Positions 18,095 through 27,289 of a stretch of DNA of 32,000 bases are shown here, one piece after another. The stretch is from Vibrio vulnificus CMCP6 (lineage in GTDB: Bacteria; Pseudomonadota; Gammaproteobacteria; Enterobacterales; Vibrionaceae), in NCBI RefSeq assembly GCF_000039765.1, contig NC_004459.3:2926104-2958103 (forward strand), read 5' to 3'. A program made the translations under genes and the position numbers. Under the pieces are notes generated by a model. The model ran no database searches. It was not told the origin of the DNA and was given only the letters and a program-made list of their open reading frames with translations. Positions within the stretch are counted from its first letter, which is position 1, and each line of letters begins with the position of its first letter.

Positions 18095-19106
18095 GAACTT
18101 TTATCCCTGACTCGATACCACTGACACCAGAAATAATGATTTGGTCACCATCATTGAGACCATTAACCACTTCGCGCTTGTCGTTAAGCTCCACTTCCGC
18201 GAGCTCAACAATGCTCTGATCATTCACTCGCCAAACATACTTTTTCTCATCTTGCTTAAAGATGGCAGAGGTAGGGATTTGTGTGGCAGATTGAGATTTG
18301 GCACTCACGTGGACACTACCAGCCATACCGGGGAGCACCCCAAGATCGGCAGGACGCTCCATGATCATAGTGACTTTATAACTGCCGGTTTTGGTATCCG
18401 CTTCGGTATCGATTTCTTGGAAGCGCAGGGGGAATTCGCTCCCTGGGAATGCGTCAAAACGCATCACCGCGTTCGGCTCAACACCCTGAGAGAAACGGCC
18501 CAATAGATGATCTGGCAATTGGAAAATCACCTTCATCAATTGATTGGTTTGGATATTCATTACGCCTTGTTTGGCCGCAACGTATTCGTGATTTTCAGCT
18601 GGAATAAGAGAAATGGTGCCATCATAAGGTGCAATCAGCTTAGTGTAACGAAGGTTGGCCTCAGCTTGCTCTAACGTAGCGCGCGCAGAGTTGTGGTTGG
18701 CTTGTGCTTGATCGAAGTCTTGCTCAGAGACCACCTTATCGGCGCGAAGCTTTTTGTAGCGCTCATATTGCACATCCGCCAGTTTAAAATTCGCTCTCGC
18801 TTGTTTTGCCAGCAACGCGTACTCATCTGGGTTCAAGGTGGCTAAAACCTGCCCTTTTGTCACTCTTTGACCTGCAGTAACATCAATGGTCTGCAATTGT
18901 CCAGGGACACGAAATGTTAAAACTGCCTTATCACCCGCTTCAGAAACAGCAGGAAAAGTTCGTTCAAATTTGGCGTCACCCACCGACACCGTGAATAACT
19001 TGGCAGGCCGCGAATCAGGCTCGGGAATAGGAGGAAGCTCTCGACCACATCCTCCCAATGCTGTGGCGACAGCAAGAAAAACCAATGCTTTTCTCATGGT
19101 TATCAT
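18066..19106 (-). CDS. vexI: RND efflux periplasmic adaptor (membrane fusion lipoprotein), first of two
   Basis: It has a lipobox ALGGC and membrane-fusion-protein (MFP) family features (GQVLATLNP, coiled-coil, beta-barrel). The ATG at 19097 (MRKALV...) has the better SD (AGGATGA) than the ATG at 19106. Confidence 0.85.
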   Translation of the reverse strand: MITMRKALVFLAVATALGGCGRELPPIPEPDSRPAKLFTVSVGDAKFERTFPAVSEAGDKAVLTFRVPGQLQTIDVTAGQRVTKGQVLATLNPDEYALLAKQARANFKLADVQYERYKKLRADKVVSEQDFDQAQANHNSARATLEQAEANLRYTKLIAPYDGTISLIPAENHEYVAAKQGVMNIQTNQLMKVIFQLPDHLLGRFSQGVEPNAVMRFDAFPGSEFPLRFQEIDTEADTKTGSYKVTMIMERPADLGVLPGMAGSVHVSAKSQSATQIPTSAIFKQDEKKYVWRVNDQSIVELAEVELNDKREVVNGLNDGDQIIISGVSGIESGIKVREWVKERGL

Positions 19107-19189
19107 CCTGTTAGAAAATGTTCTCTATACCTTAGATGAAACTATGATTTTGTTCCAGTTAACAGCTTTGTAAATATCTGAAATTTAAT

Positions 19190-19221
19190 AAAATGAGAGC
19201 AAGGTTAAACCTTGCTCTCAT
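19190..19221 (-). terminator. Intrinsic terminator of pspABC
   Basis: ATGAGAGCAAGGTT (19193-19206) pairs with AACCTTGCTCTCAT (19208-19221). On the minus strand TTTTATT follows. It lies 40 nt past the pspC stop. Confidence 0.8.
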
Positions 19222-19260
19222 GAAAATTGCCCAAGAAGGATTATTTTTACTAAAACAAAC

Positions 19261-19650
19261 TTAAAGTTTGTTAAATTCGCGGTTCACTTTGAAGGTATCG
19301 GAAGTGACATACGCTTCCATATCACGCACTTTGTTTTCAATTCGATTGAAATCCGCTTCAAGGATCGCCAACAAGGATTCCGCCGTTTGCCCTTGCTGCC
19401 AAGGTTTGGCTTTGAGCTTATGGTCATGACGCATTTTTAAATCCTCTTGGTACTGGATTGGTTGCTTTTCCAACATAAATGTCAGGGCAACGTACGCCAG
19501 AATAACCAGAAAACTTCCGCCTAACAGCGCTGCAGAAATCACTAGGATTCGAATCAACCAAACTTCAATGGCCAAGTAGTTTGCAATACCCGCGCAGACA
19601 CCACTCAATTTGCCGTTGACTGGGTCACGGTAGAGCTCTCGACTATTCAT
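19261..19650 (-). CDS. pspC: Envelope stress response membrane protein PspC
   Basis: MNSRELYRDPVNGKLSGVCAGIANYL is the PspC N-terminal domain, followed by one TM. The ATG at 19650 overlaps the pspB stop by 8 nt (ATGAATAG). The track start at 19680 is rejected. Confidence 0.88.
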   Translation of the reverse strand: MNSRELYRDPVNGKLSGVCAGIANYLAIEVWLIRILVISAALLGGSFLVILAYVALTFMLEKQPIQYQEDLKMRHDHKLKAKPWQQGQTAESLLAILEADFNRIENKVRDMEAYVTSDTFKVNREFNKL

Positions 19651-19876
19651 AGCGACGTCTCCAATTGGGGTTTTCCGCATCGAGGATACGTTCCAAGGTG
19701 TCTATGCGTGATTGAAGCTTTTCCGCTTGACCGGACAAAGACTCCAACTTCTGCAAATCTATGTCCGACAAACCGCTACCTACTTTGCGCTGACTGCGAT
19801 AGTGAAGAAATAGCCACAGTGGTGCGACAAAAATCAGAAATACGATTAATGGCCCTGCAATCATAAATGTCGTCAT
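19643..19876 (-). CDS. pspB: Envelope stress response membrane protein PspB
   Basis: 77 aa with a single N-terminal TM (FLIFVAPLWLFLHY), then a charged helix. It sits between pspA and pspC. Confidence 0.88.
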   Translation of the reverse strand: MTTFMIAGPLIVFLIFVAPLWLFLHYRSQRKVGSGLSDIDLQKLESLSGQAEKLQSRIDTLERILDAENPNWRRRYE

Positions 19877-19891
19877 AGATGGCTCCTTTGC

Positions 19892-20563
19892 TTATTTTTG
19901 TTGTGAGTTCACTTGTTCTTTTAACTTTGCCAACTCTTTTTCAATTTCATCCTGAGCTTGAAGCTCAGCAAATTCCTGTTCCAATGATTTTGATGAACCG
20001 GAGTTGGCGTAGAGATCCGCTTCAGCTTCCAGCTCATCCACTTTACGAGCGTATTGCTCAAACTTTGCCATCGCTTCATGCGTGCGGCCGGAACTCAAAT
20101 GACGCTGAACATCACGACGATTGGAAGCCGTTTGATTGCGGATCATCAAAGCTTGCTGCTTCGCGCGCGTTTCGGCAATTTTGGTTTCCAATTTGCCAAT
20201 TTCGCCAGTCAGTTTCTCAATGGTTTCTTCCACAAGAGTTTGCTCTGTATGCAAACCTTTGATCAAGTCTTGTAGCTTTTGCTTTTCAATTAATGCTGCA
20301 CGCGCCAAATCTTCACGTTGCTTAGTCAGCGCCAATGTCGCTTTTTGTTGCCAATCCGAAATTTGGCTTTCCATTGCTTCCACTTTACGAGCAAGCTCTT
20401 TTTTATCCGCAATGGCTTTCGCCGAGTTGGTACGCACTTCGACCAGCGTGTCTTCCATTTCTTGAATGATGAGACGAATCATTTTTTCCGGATCTTCTGC
20501 TTTATCCAGCAGCGCACTGATATTGGAATTGATGATGTCTGCAAAACGAGAAAAAATACCCAT
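19892..20563 (-). CDS. pspA: Phage shock protein A
   Basis: 223 aa. [40 protein letters not shown] is the canonical PspA/IM30 N-terminus, followed by a long coiled coil. Confidence 0.95.
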   Translation of the reverse strand: MGIFSRFADIINSNISALLDKAEDPEKMIRLIIQEMEDTLVEVRTNSAKAIADKKELARKVEAMESQISDWQQKATLALTKQREDLARAALIEKQKLQDLIKGLHTEQTLVEETIEKLTGEIGKLETKIAETRAKQQALMIRNQTASNRRDVQRHLSSGRTHEAMAKFEQYARKVDELEAEADLYANSGSSKSLEQEFAELQAQDEIEKELAKLKEQVNSQQK

Positions 20564-20643
20564 GATGGAACTCCTCTATTAGTCTCGATATCGTGCTTTT
20601 GTCTAAAAATGCACTCAGTCAGTGTTCTAGTTATTAACGTTAT

Positions 20644-20660
20644 AACAAGAAGCATGCCAA
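20644..20660 (-). promoter_or_regulatory. Sigma54 (-24/-12) promoter of pspABC
   Basis: The minus strand reads TTGGCAT-GCTTC-TTGTTAT compared with TGGCAC-N5-TTGCW. It lies about 85 nt upstream of the pspA ATG, in the same arrangement as the enterobacterial psp promoter. Confidence 0.8.
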
Positions 20661-20731
20661 AGTTAATTTTCTTTATTTTTCAATAAAATAGAATTCAACT
20701 TGTCTCTCTCCGAACCTATGCTATGATGATT

Positions 20732-20750
20732 TTCACCAAATATTGGTGAA
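20732..20750. promoter_or_regulatory. Candidate PspF upstream activating sequence (perfect 8-3-8 palindrome)
   Basis: TTCACCAA-ATA-TTGGTGAA. Its centre is about 105 bp upstream of the inferred psp transcription start and about 50 bp upstream of the pspF ATG, so it could both activate pspA and autoregulate pspF. Confidence 0.55.
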
Positions 20751-20793
20751 TTTAACCAATTTCGTTTCCCAAACGCTCACTAAGAAGGAACTT

Positions 20794-21831
20794 ATGAAGC
20801 AAAACTTGATCGGAGAATCACCTGCCTTTCTGTCTGTCCTCGACAAAGTGTCAAAACTGGCACCGATTGAGCGTCCAATCTTGATCATTGGTGAGCGAGG
20901 CACAGGGAAAGAACTGATCGCTCAGCGCTTGCATTACCTGTCTAAACGTTGGGATAAGCCCCTGCTCTCTCTCAACTGTGCCACTTTGTCTGAAGGTTTG
21001 ATCGACTCCGAGTTGTTTGGCCATGAATCCGGTTCTTTTACGGGCTCAAAGGGGAAACATAAGGGGCGATTTGAACGTGCAGAAGGCGGTACCCTGTTTC
21101 TTGATGAGCTGGCCACTGCGCCTTTGATGGTACAAGAAAAATTGTTACGAGTGATCGAATACGGTGAGTATGAGCGCGTGGGTGGCCATCAGCCACTGAC
21201 CGCGGACGTTCGCTTGGTGTGTGCGACCAATGCGGATCTAGTAAAAATGGCCGAAGAAGGTCAGTTTCGCGCTGACTTGCTCGACCGACTCGCGTTTGAT
21301 GTCATTACGCTACCGCCATTGCGAGAGCGCCAAGAGGATATTCTGTTGCTCGCCGAGCACTACGCGATAAAAATGTGCCGAGAACTCAAACTCGACTATT
21401 TTGTCGGCTTTACTTCCCATGCTAATGAGCAGTTGACTCAATACCGCTGGCCGGGCAACGTTCGGGAGCTGAAAAACGTCGTAGAACGGGCCATTTATCG
21501 TCACGGTCTGAATCCAGATCCGATCGATGAGTTGATTTTTAATCCCTTCGCTACCGGTTGGGAGAGCGAAAAGGCCGAACAAGACCAACCGAATGCATCG
21601 AGTACTGCATCAAGTTCAACAAGCGACGATCAACTCTCTCCACCAGCAACGACCGAGATTTCGTTCCCGATTGATTATAAACAGTGGCAAGAAGAGCAAG
21701 ACATTAAACTACTTAATCAAGCCTTGGAAGCCAGTAAATTCAACCAGCGCCAAGCCGCCGATCTTTTAGGGCTCAGCTATCACCAATTCCGAGGTATGGT
21801 AAGAAAATACGCCTTAGTGGGACAAAACTAG
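20794..21831 (+). CDS. pspF: Sigma54-dependent psp operon activator PspF (AAA+ + HTH, no N-terminal sensor domain)
   Basis: It starts MKQNLIGESPAFLSVLDKV directly at the AAA+ domain, with GERGTGKE, GSFTG and a C-terminal HTH (AADLLGLSYHQFRGMVRKY). SD AAGAAGGAA precedes the ATG at 20794. The track TTG at 20743 lies inside the palindrome and is rejected. Confidence 0.9.
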   Translation: MKQNLIGESPAFLSVLDKVSKLAPIERPILIIGERGTGKELIAQRLHYLSKRWDKPLLSLNCATLSEGLIDSELFGHESGSFTGSKGKHKGRFERAEGGTLFLDELATAPLMVQEKLLRVIEYGEYERVGGHQPLTADVRLVCATNADLVKMAEEGQFRADLLDRLAFDVITLPPLRERQEDILLLAEHYAIKMCRELKLDYFVGFTSHANEQLTQYRWPGNVRELKNVVERAIYRHGLNPDPIDELIFNPFATGWESEKAEQDQPNASSTASSSTSDDQLSPPATTEISFPIDYKQWQEEQDIKLLNQALEASKFNQRQAADLLGLSYHQFRGMVRKYALVGQN

Positions 21832-22007
21832 ACCTAGGTCCAACAGCAAAATATCGCTGGAGTGTTACACTTAAAGCAGCTCGAAAGGCCCAATAACGCT
21901 TTGCTCAAAAACGAATTTATGTTTGGAGTGGGGTGAATAAAATGATAAATTAGCCGGATCTTTTGGGCGCTAACTTAGGCGTACTGACATACGAAACGTT
22001 TCATTTT

Positions 22008-23624
22008 ATGAAAACACTAATACACCTCACATTGGGATTATTAGGCTTTAGCTTACTAACCGGGTGTGGCAAAGACATTGACCACAAAGAAGTACGCCAA
22101 ACTGGCTTTGTTTTTTGTGGGCAAACCAACCTTAAAACCTTCAATCCTCAGTTGATTGATAGTGGTATTACGGCAGACACTCTCAGCCCGCAGATTTTCG
22201 ATACCCTTTTGACGCTTGACCCACAAACGCATCAGCCCATTCCGAGCCTTGCTGAAAGTTGGAAGGTCAATAAAACCGGCACAGAATACACGTTTACCCT
22301 ACGCAAAAATGTCGCTTTTCAAACCACTGACTGGTTTACCCCTTCACGCGCTCTTAACGCAGAAGACGTGGTGTTTAGTTTCCGTCGTATCATCGACCCT
22401 AGTCACCCTTATCATCTCGTTGGCGGAGGAAACTACCCTTGGTTTGCTGGCATAGACTTTGCCAACCTTTTGGTGGATGTGGTGCCCCTTTCCGATGACC
22501 AAGTGAAGTTTATTCTCAGCCGTCCGAATTTTGCGTTTCTTTCTAATCTTGCGACTGCGCACTCCGTGATCCTGTCTGCCGAATACGCCAATCAACTGGC
22601 GGCAAAAGATGCCAAAGAGCGTATCGATATGTATCCCGTTGGCAGTGGTCCGTTTTTGTTAGACGAGTATCAAATTAACGATTTGGTTCGTTTACGTCGC
22701 CACGAAGGCTATTGGCGTAACCCGGTAAAAATGGAACAGGTGGTTTTCGATATTTCACAACGTGGTACAGGTACGCTTGCCAAACTATTGCGTAACGAGT
22801 GCGATGTATTGCGCTCGCCAATCTCCAGCCAGATCCCGATTATTGAAAACAACCCCAATATGGAACTGACGGCAACGCCGGCCATGAACGTTGCTTTCAT
22901 CGCCATCAATACCAGCCATTCTGCGCTAAAAGATGTGCGTGTGCGCCAAGCATTGAACCTCGCGATCAACCGACAAAATATCCTCGACTCCGTCTACTAT
23001 GGGACAGGAACAAAGGCGTACACCTTGTTGCCGCCTAACTCATGGGCATACCAGAAAGACAGCGTTAAAGTGCGTTTTGATCGTAACTACGCACTTGCGC
23101 TGATGCGTGAAGCGGGTTACGAGAAAGGACTGTCACTAACGATGTGGGTACCACTAGAGCCTCGTGTCTATAACCCAAGCCCGAGAAAAACCGCAGAGTT
23201 GATTCAGTCTAATCTAGCGGATATTGGTATCGACTTAACCCTTATTACTGATGAAAGAAACGAACGTGTGACCACCGATCACACACAAGGCGATCTTTCA
23301 CTAACGGGTTGGGTGGGAGACACTGGCGATCCTGATAATTTCTTACGCCCACTGCTTTCTTGCAGCTCTGAAAGAGCGGGGATTAACGTTGCCATGTGGT
23401 GTAACAGTGATTTTGATTTCTTGCTCGATCTCGCGTTAGAAACCGAAAAGAATCGTTATCGCCTAAACTTATATCGTCAAGCGCAAAATATTCTCAACGA
23501 GGAATTCCCTGTGATTCCATTGGCACACGGCGTTCAGTTCCGTGCTCATGACAAATCGCTGATTGGCTTCAAATCCAGTCCATTCAATTCCCAACCTTTC
23601 GACACGGTAGAGAGAGCTTATTGA
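22008..23624 (+). CDS. sapA: Peptide ABC transporter substrate-binding protein SapA (family 5 SBP, lipoprotein signal)
   Basis: MKTLIHLTLGLLGFSLLTGC is a signal/lipobox. The rest is a DppA/OppA-like SBP fold sequence. It is the first gene of a five-gene sap-type cluster next to pspF, as in enterobacteria. Confidence 0.85.
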   Translation: MKTLIHLTLGLLGFSLLTGCGKDIDHKEVRQTGFVFCGQTNLKTFNPQLIDSGITADTLSPQIFDTLLTLDPQTHQPIPSLAESWKVNKTGTEYTFTLRKNVAFQTTDWFTPSRALNAEDVVFSFRRIIDPSHPYHLVGGGNYPWFAGIDFANLLVDVVPLSDDQVKFILSRPNFAFLSNLATAHSVILSAEYANQLAAKDAKERIDMYPVGSGPFLLDEYQINDLVRLRRHEGYWRNPVKMEQVVFDISQRGTGTLAKLLRNECDVLRSPISSQIPIIENNPNMELTATPAMNVAFIAINTSHSALKDVRVRQALNLAINRQNILDSVYYGTGTKAYTLLPPNSWAYQKDSVKVRFDRNYALALMREAGYEKGLSLTMWVPLEPRVYNPSPRKTAELIQSNLADIGIDLTLITDERNERVTTDHTQGDLSLTGWVGDTGDPDNFLRPLLSCSSERAGINVAMWCNSDFDFLLDLALETEKNRYRLNLYRQAQNILNEEFPVIPLAHGVQFRAHDKSLIGFKSSPFNSQPFDTVERAY

Positions 23625-24586
23625 TGTTCTGGTATGCAGTAAGACGCCTTAACTTATTCGTCATTACACTGGCCATTTTAACCATGGTTGGTTTTTCGAT
23701 CTTACGCTTAGACCCAGAGTCAGTATGGGCTCAAGCCGAATATTGGCATGGTTGGAGTATTTATCTTTCCGAACTCGCGCAACTTAACTTTGGAGTGAGT
23801 AAAAGCGGTGCCTCCATTTATGATGAATTGGCGGTGGTGTTTCCCGCCACATTGGAACTCTGTTTCTTTGCCTTTTTGGTCGCGCTCTTGATCGGCATTC
23901 CTTTTGGAACGATAGCAGGTATGAAACAAGGTAAGTGGGTCGACACCACCATCTCCTTTGTCTCCATGTCTGGCTACTCTGCCCCGCTCTTTTGGGTCGC
24001 ACTATTGATGCTGATGGTGTTCTCTCTCCATTTCGAGATATTTCCTGTCTCTGGGCGCTACGATCTACTTTATGAAATCCAACACGTCACTGGTTTTGCC
24101 ATCATCGATGCGTTTCTTGCTAAAGGGCCTTACAAAGCTCATGCACTGCAGAGCGTCATTGAACATATGGTACTGCCCTGCTTGGTCTTGGCGCTGGCGC
24201 CAACCACACAAGTGATCGGCTTGATGCGAGCTTCTGTGGCCGACGTTATGAGTCAAAACTACATACGAGCGGCCAGAATCAAAGGTTTAACCACACGAGA
24301 AATCGTCACCCAACATGTATTACGCAACGCGATTCCACCCATTATTCCTAAAGTTGGCGTACAACTTTCCAGCATGCTAACGCTGGCCATCATTACGGAA
24401 TCTATTTTTAACTGGCCGGGTATTGGCCGTTGGTTACTAGATGCACTCTCGAATCGAGATTATGTATCGATTCAAGCGGGAGTGATGGTCGTGGCGACAT
24501 TAGTGCTCACGGCCAACATTTTGTCCGATCTGATTGGCGCGATGATCAATCCACTGGTAAGGAAGGAATGGTATGCTAACCGATAG
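23624..24586 (+). CDS. sapB: Peptide ABC transporter permease SapB
   Basis: It is a BPD-type permease with 6 TM and an EAA-like loop (YIRAARIKGLTTREIV). The ATG at 23624 overlaps the sapA TGA (TGATG). Confidence 0.88.
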   Translation: MFWYAVRRLNLFVITLAILTMVGFSILRLDPESVWAQAEYWHGWSIYLSELAQLNFGVSKSGASIYDELAVVFPATLELCFFAFLVALLIGIPFGTIAGMKQGKWVDTTISFVSMSGYSAPLFWVALLMLMVFSLHFEIFPVSGRYDLLYEIQHVTGFAIIDAFLAKGPYKAHALQSVIEHMVLPCLVLALAPTTQVIGLMRASVADVMSQNYIRAARIKGLTTREIVTQHVLRNAIPPIIPKVGVQLSSMLTLAIITESIFNWPGIGRWLLDALSNRDYVSIQAGVMVVATLVLTANILSDLIGAMINPLVRKEWYANR

Positions 24587-25460
24587 TGTTTACCAGGAAG
24601 AGCATATTCCGACTCAATTTGAGCGCTTTTGGCGTAGCTTCCGCAATAACAATCTCGCTATGTTTGGATTGTGGTGTTTGATCTTGTTGTTGCTGGTTAC
24701 CATCAGCGCACCTTGGTTGGTCCCGCACGACCCTCAACAACAAACCGCGCAATTACTGGTGCCTCCTTCATGGAGCCCTGCGGGGACAGTCGAATATTTC
24801 CTTGGTACCGATGATTTAGGCCGAGACATCCTATCGCGCCTCATTATGGGAACGCAGCCCACTTTAGGCGCCGCGATCATCATTACTGCCATCGCCGCCA
24901 TCATTGGCTGCTTTATCGGTGTTCTTGCAGGGATGACACGCGGACTTCTATCCAGTACGTTGAACCACTTACTGGATACGGTCATGTCCATTCCATCACT
25001 GCTTTTGGCGATCATCTTTGTCGCATTCTTTGGTGCAGGCGAATTCACCGTGTTGTTGGCCGTTGGGCTTGCGCTGATTCCACGCTTTATTCGCTCGGTT
25101 TACATTGCCATACACACCGAAGTTGAAAAAGATTACATCATGGCAGCGCGACTCGATGGCGCGAATAGCTTCTACTTGCTGTGGAACTCCATTTTGCCGA
25201 ACGTACTGACCGTGATTGCGACCGAAATTACCTTGGCGCTGTCTGTGGCTGTTTTAGACATCACCGCGCTTGGCTTTCTGGGGCTGGGGGCACAAGCACC
25301 GAGCACCGAATGGGGCGCAATTCTTGGCGATTCCGTGGAGCTGATTTATCTCGCGCCTTGGACCGTAACACTGCCCGGATTGTCCATTATGTTTACCGTT
25401 ATCGTCATCAACCTTGTCGGGGATGGCGTACGCCGAGCTCTCAATGCGGGGATCGAATAA
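24573..25460 (+). CDS. sapC: Peptide ABC transporter permease SapC
   Basis: It is a DppC/OppC-like permease ([24 protein letters not shown]). The start overlaps the sapB end by 14 nt, with SD GGAAGGAA upstream. Confidence 0.88.
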   Translation: MLTDSVYQEEHIPTQFERFWRSFRNNNLAMFGLWCLILLLLVTISAPWLVPHDPQQQTAQLLVPPSWSPAGTVEYFLGTDDLGRDILSRLIMGTQPTLGAAIIITAIAAIIGCFIGVLAGMTRGLLSSTLNHLLDTVMSIPSLLLAIIFVAFFGAGEFTVLLAVGLALIPRFIRSVYIAIHTEVEKDYIMAARLDGANSFYLLWNSILPNVLTVIATEITLALSVAVLDITALGFLGLGAQAPSTEWGAILGDSVELIYLAPWTVTLPGLSIMFTVIVINLVGDGVRRALNAGIE

Positions 25461-26455
25461 TGCCATTATTGGATATTCGTCATTTGACGATCGAAATTGA
25501 GACTCCGCAAGGCTTGGTGAAAGCCGTTGATCGCATGAGCCTCACGCTAAATGAAGGTGAAATTCGCGGCCTAGTTGGCGAATCTGGCTCTGGTAAAAGC
25601 TTGGTCGCCAAAGCCATCGTTGGGGTATGCAAAGACAACTGGAGAGTCACCGCCGACCGCATGCGATTGGGCAACATTGACCTACTGCAACTCACGCCAA
25701 GTGAGCGTCGACGTGTCATCGCCCGCGACATCGCAATGATTTTCCAAGAGCCGTCTACCTGCCTTGACCCGTCTGAAGAAGTGGGCAAGCAGTTGATTGA
25801 ATCGATTCCATCACGCACTTTTGAAGGGAAATGGTGGGAGCGATTTAAGTGGCGTAAAAAACGCGCGATTGCACTTTTGCATAAAGTGGGCATTAAAGAT
25901 CATCAACGCTTGATGAAAAGCTATCCCTATGAACTCACAGATGGTGAATGCCAAAAAGTGATGATTGCGATGGCGATCGCCACGGCGCCAAAACTGTTGA
26001 TCGCGGATGAGCCGACTAACGACCTCGATCCGATCACGCAAAATCAGATCCTACGCTTGTTGAGCAGAATGAATCAGTTGAACAACACGACGATTTTGCT
26101 CATCGGCCACGACTTAACCAACATTACCCAATGGGCCAACCGTATTACGGTGATGTACTGTGGCCAATCGGTGGAATCGGCTGACACAGATCGTATTTTG
26201 GAAGCACCGAAGCATCCCTATACCGCAGCCCTACTGAAAGCCATGCCGGACTTTAGTCATTGGATTCCTCACAAGCAGAAGTTGCAGTCGCTCCCGGGCT
26301 CGATTCCTCCGTTGCAACATTTGCCGATAGGGTGCCGCTTGGGACCTCGTTGCCCATACGCGCAGCGCCAGTGTGTTGAGATTCCGTATGCGCGTCGTAT
26401 TAAAAATCATAAGTTTAGCTGTCATTTCCCTCTTAACACGGAGAAAGATTCATGA
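25460..26455 (+). CDS. sapD: Peptide ABC transporter ATP-binding protein SapD
   Basis: It starts [18 protein letters not shown] and has Walker A GESGSGKS, Walker [10 protein letters not shown] and a C-terminal oligopeptide-ABC Cys motif. The ATG overlaps the sapC TAA (TAATG). The 25181 start in the track is an artefact lying inside sapC. Confidence 0.9.
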   Translation: MPLLDIRHLTIEIETPQGLVKAVDRMSLTLNEGEIRGLVGESGSGKSLVAKAIVGVCKDNWRVTADRMRLGNIDLLQLTPSERRRVIARDIAMIFQEPSTCLDPSEEVGKQLIESIPSRTFEGKWWERFKWRKKRAIALLHKVGIKDHQRLMKSYPYELTDGECQKVMIAMAIATAPKLLIADEPTNDLDPITQNQILRLLSRMNQLNNTTILLIGHDLTNITQWANRITVMYCGQSVESADTDRILEAPKHPYTAALLKAMPDFSHWIPHKQKLQSLPGSIPPLQHLPIGCRLGPRCPYAQRQCVEIPYARRIKNHKFSCHFPLNTEKDS

Positions 26456-27237
26456 GTGCGTTGTTAGAGGTTGAAAACCTGTCGAAAAATTTTGTTACCC
26501 GTTCAGGCTTGTTTAAACGGGAAGTACAGCAGGCAGTGAAACCGGTTAGTTTTACACTAGAAGCTGGCCAAACTATTGGTTTCATTGGCCAAAATGGCTC
26601 AGGAAAATCCACACTAGCCCGCATGCTGGCCGGCATGGTGGAACCGACTTCTGGCGAAATTCGTGTCAACGGCGAGCGACTTGAGCACAGAGACTACGCC
26701 ACACGCTGCAAACTGATTCGGATGATTTTCCAAGATCCCAACACCTCGTTGAATCCACGTATTCAAATCGGGCGTATTTTAGAAGGTCCACTCAAGCGAA
26801 ACACCAACATGCCGCCGGAAGCACGTCTAAAGCGGGTTAAAGACACACTGTTGCGGGTTGGCTTGTTACCCGAACACGCCTATTTTTATCCGCAGATGCT
26901 GGCAACCGGACAAAAGCAGCGTGTCTGCTTAGCACGGGCCTTGATTCTACAACCTTCTATCATCGTTGCCGACGAAGCGCTAAACGGCTTAGACATGGCA
27001 ATGCGCTCACAAATCATCAACCTCTTTTTGGAACTGCAAGAAGAGATGGGCGTGTCGTTTGTCTATGTATCACAGCACATCGGTATCGTTAAACACATCA
27101 CCGATAAAGTGATGGTGATGCATGAAGGTGAAGTGGTGGAATCTGGTGATACGCAAATCGTGTTAAGCGATCCACAGCATCCTCTTACACAACGTTTGGT
27201 CGAAAACCATTTCTACAAAACCCCTTCTCACTACTAG
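26452..27237 (+). CDS. sapF: Peptide ABC transporter ATP-binding protein SapF
   Basis: It has Walker A GQNGSGKS, signature-like region ATGQKQR and Walker [13 protein letters not shown]. The start has an ATGA overlap with sapD. Confidence 0.9.
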   Translation: MSALLEVENLSKNFVTRSGLFKREVQQAVKPVSFTLEAGQTIGFIGQNGSGKSTLARMLAGMVEPTSGEIRVNGERLEHRDYATRCKLIRMIFQDPNTSLNPRIQIGRILEGPLKRNTNMPPEARLKRVKDTLLRVGLLPEHAYFYPQMLATGQKQRVCLARALILQPSIIVADEALNGLDMAMRSQIINLFLELQEEMGVSFVYVSQHIGIVKHITDKVMVMHEGEVVESGDTQIVLSDPQHPLTQRLVENHFYKTPSHY

Positions 27238-27289
27238 AAGCCATCTGTCAGCGTGATGAGAAAATAGTCAGCGAAGCAAGGAGCAATGC

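Noticed and set aside
25181-25459. A 93-codon N-terminal extension of the sapD ORF
   Set aside because: The extension overlaps sapC out of frame and is Arg/Cys-rich nonsense. The canonical MPLLDIRHL start at 25460 overlaps the sapC stop (TAATG).
27247-27273. A direct repeat of GTCAGCG in the sapF/DUF2927 gap
   Set aside because: A 7-nt repeat occurring twice is within chance expectation, and I recognise no matching operator.
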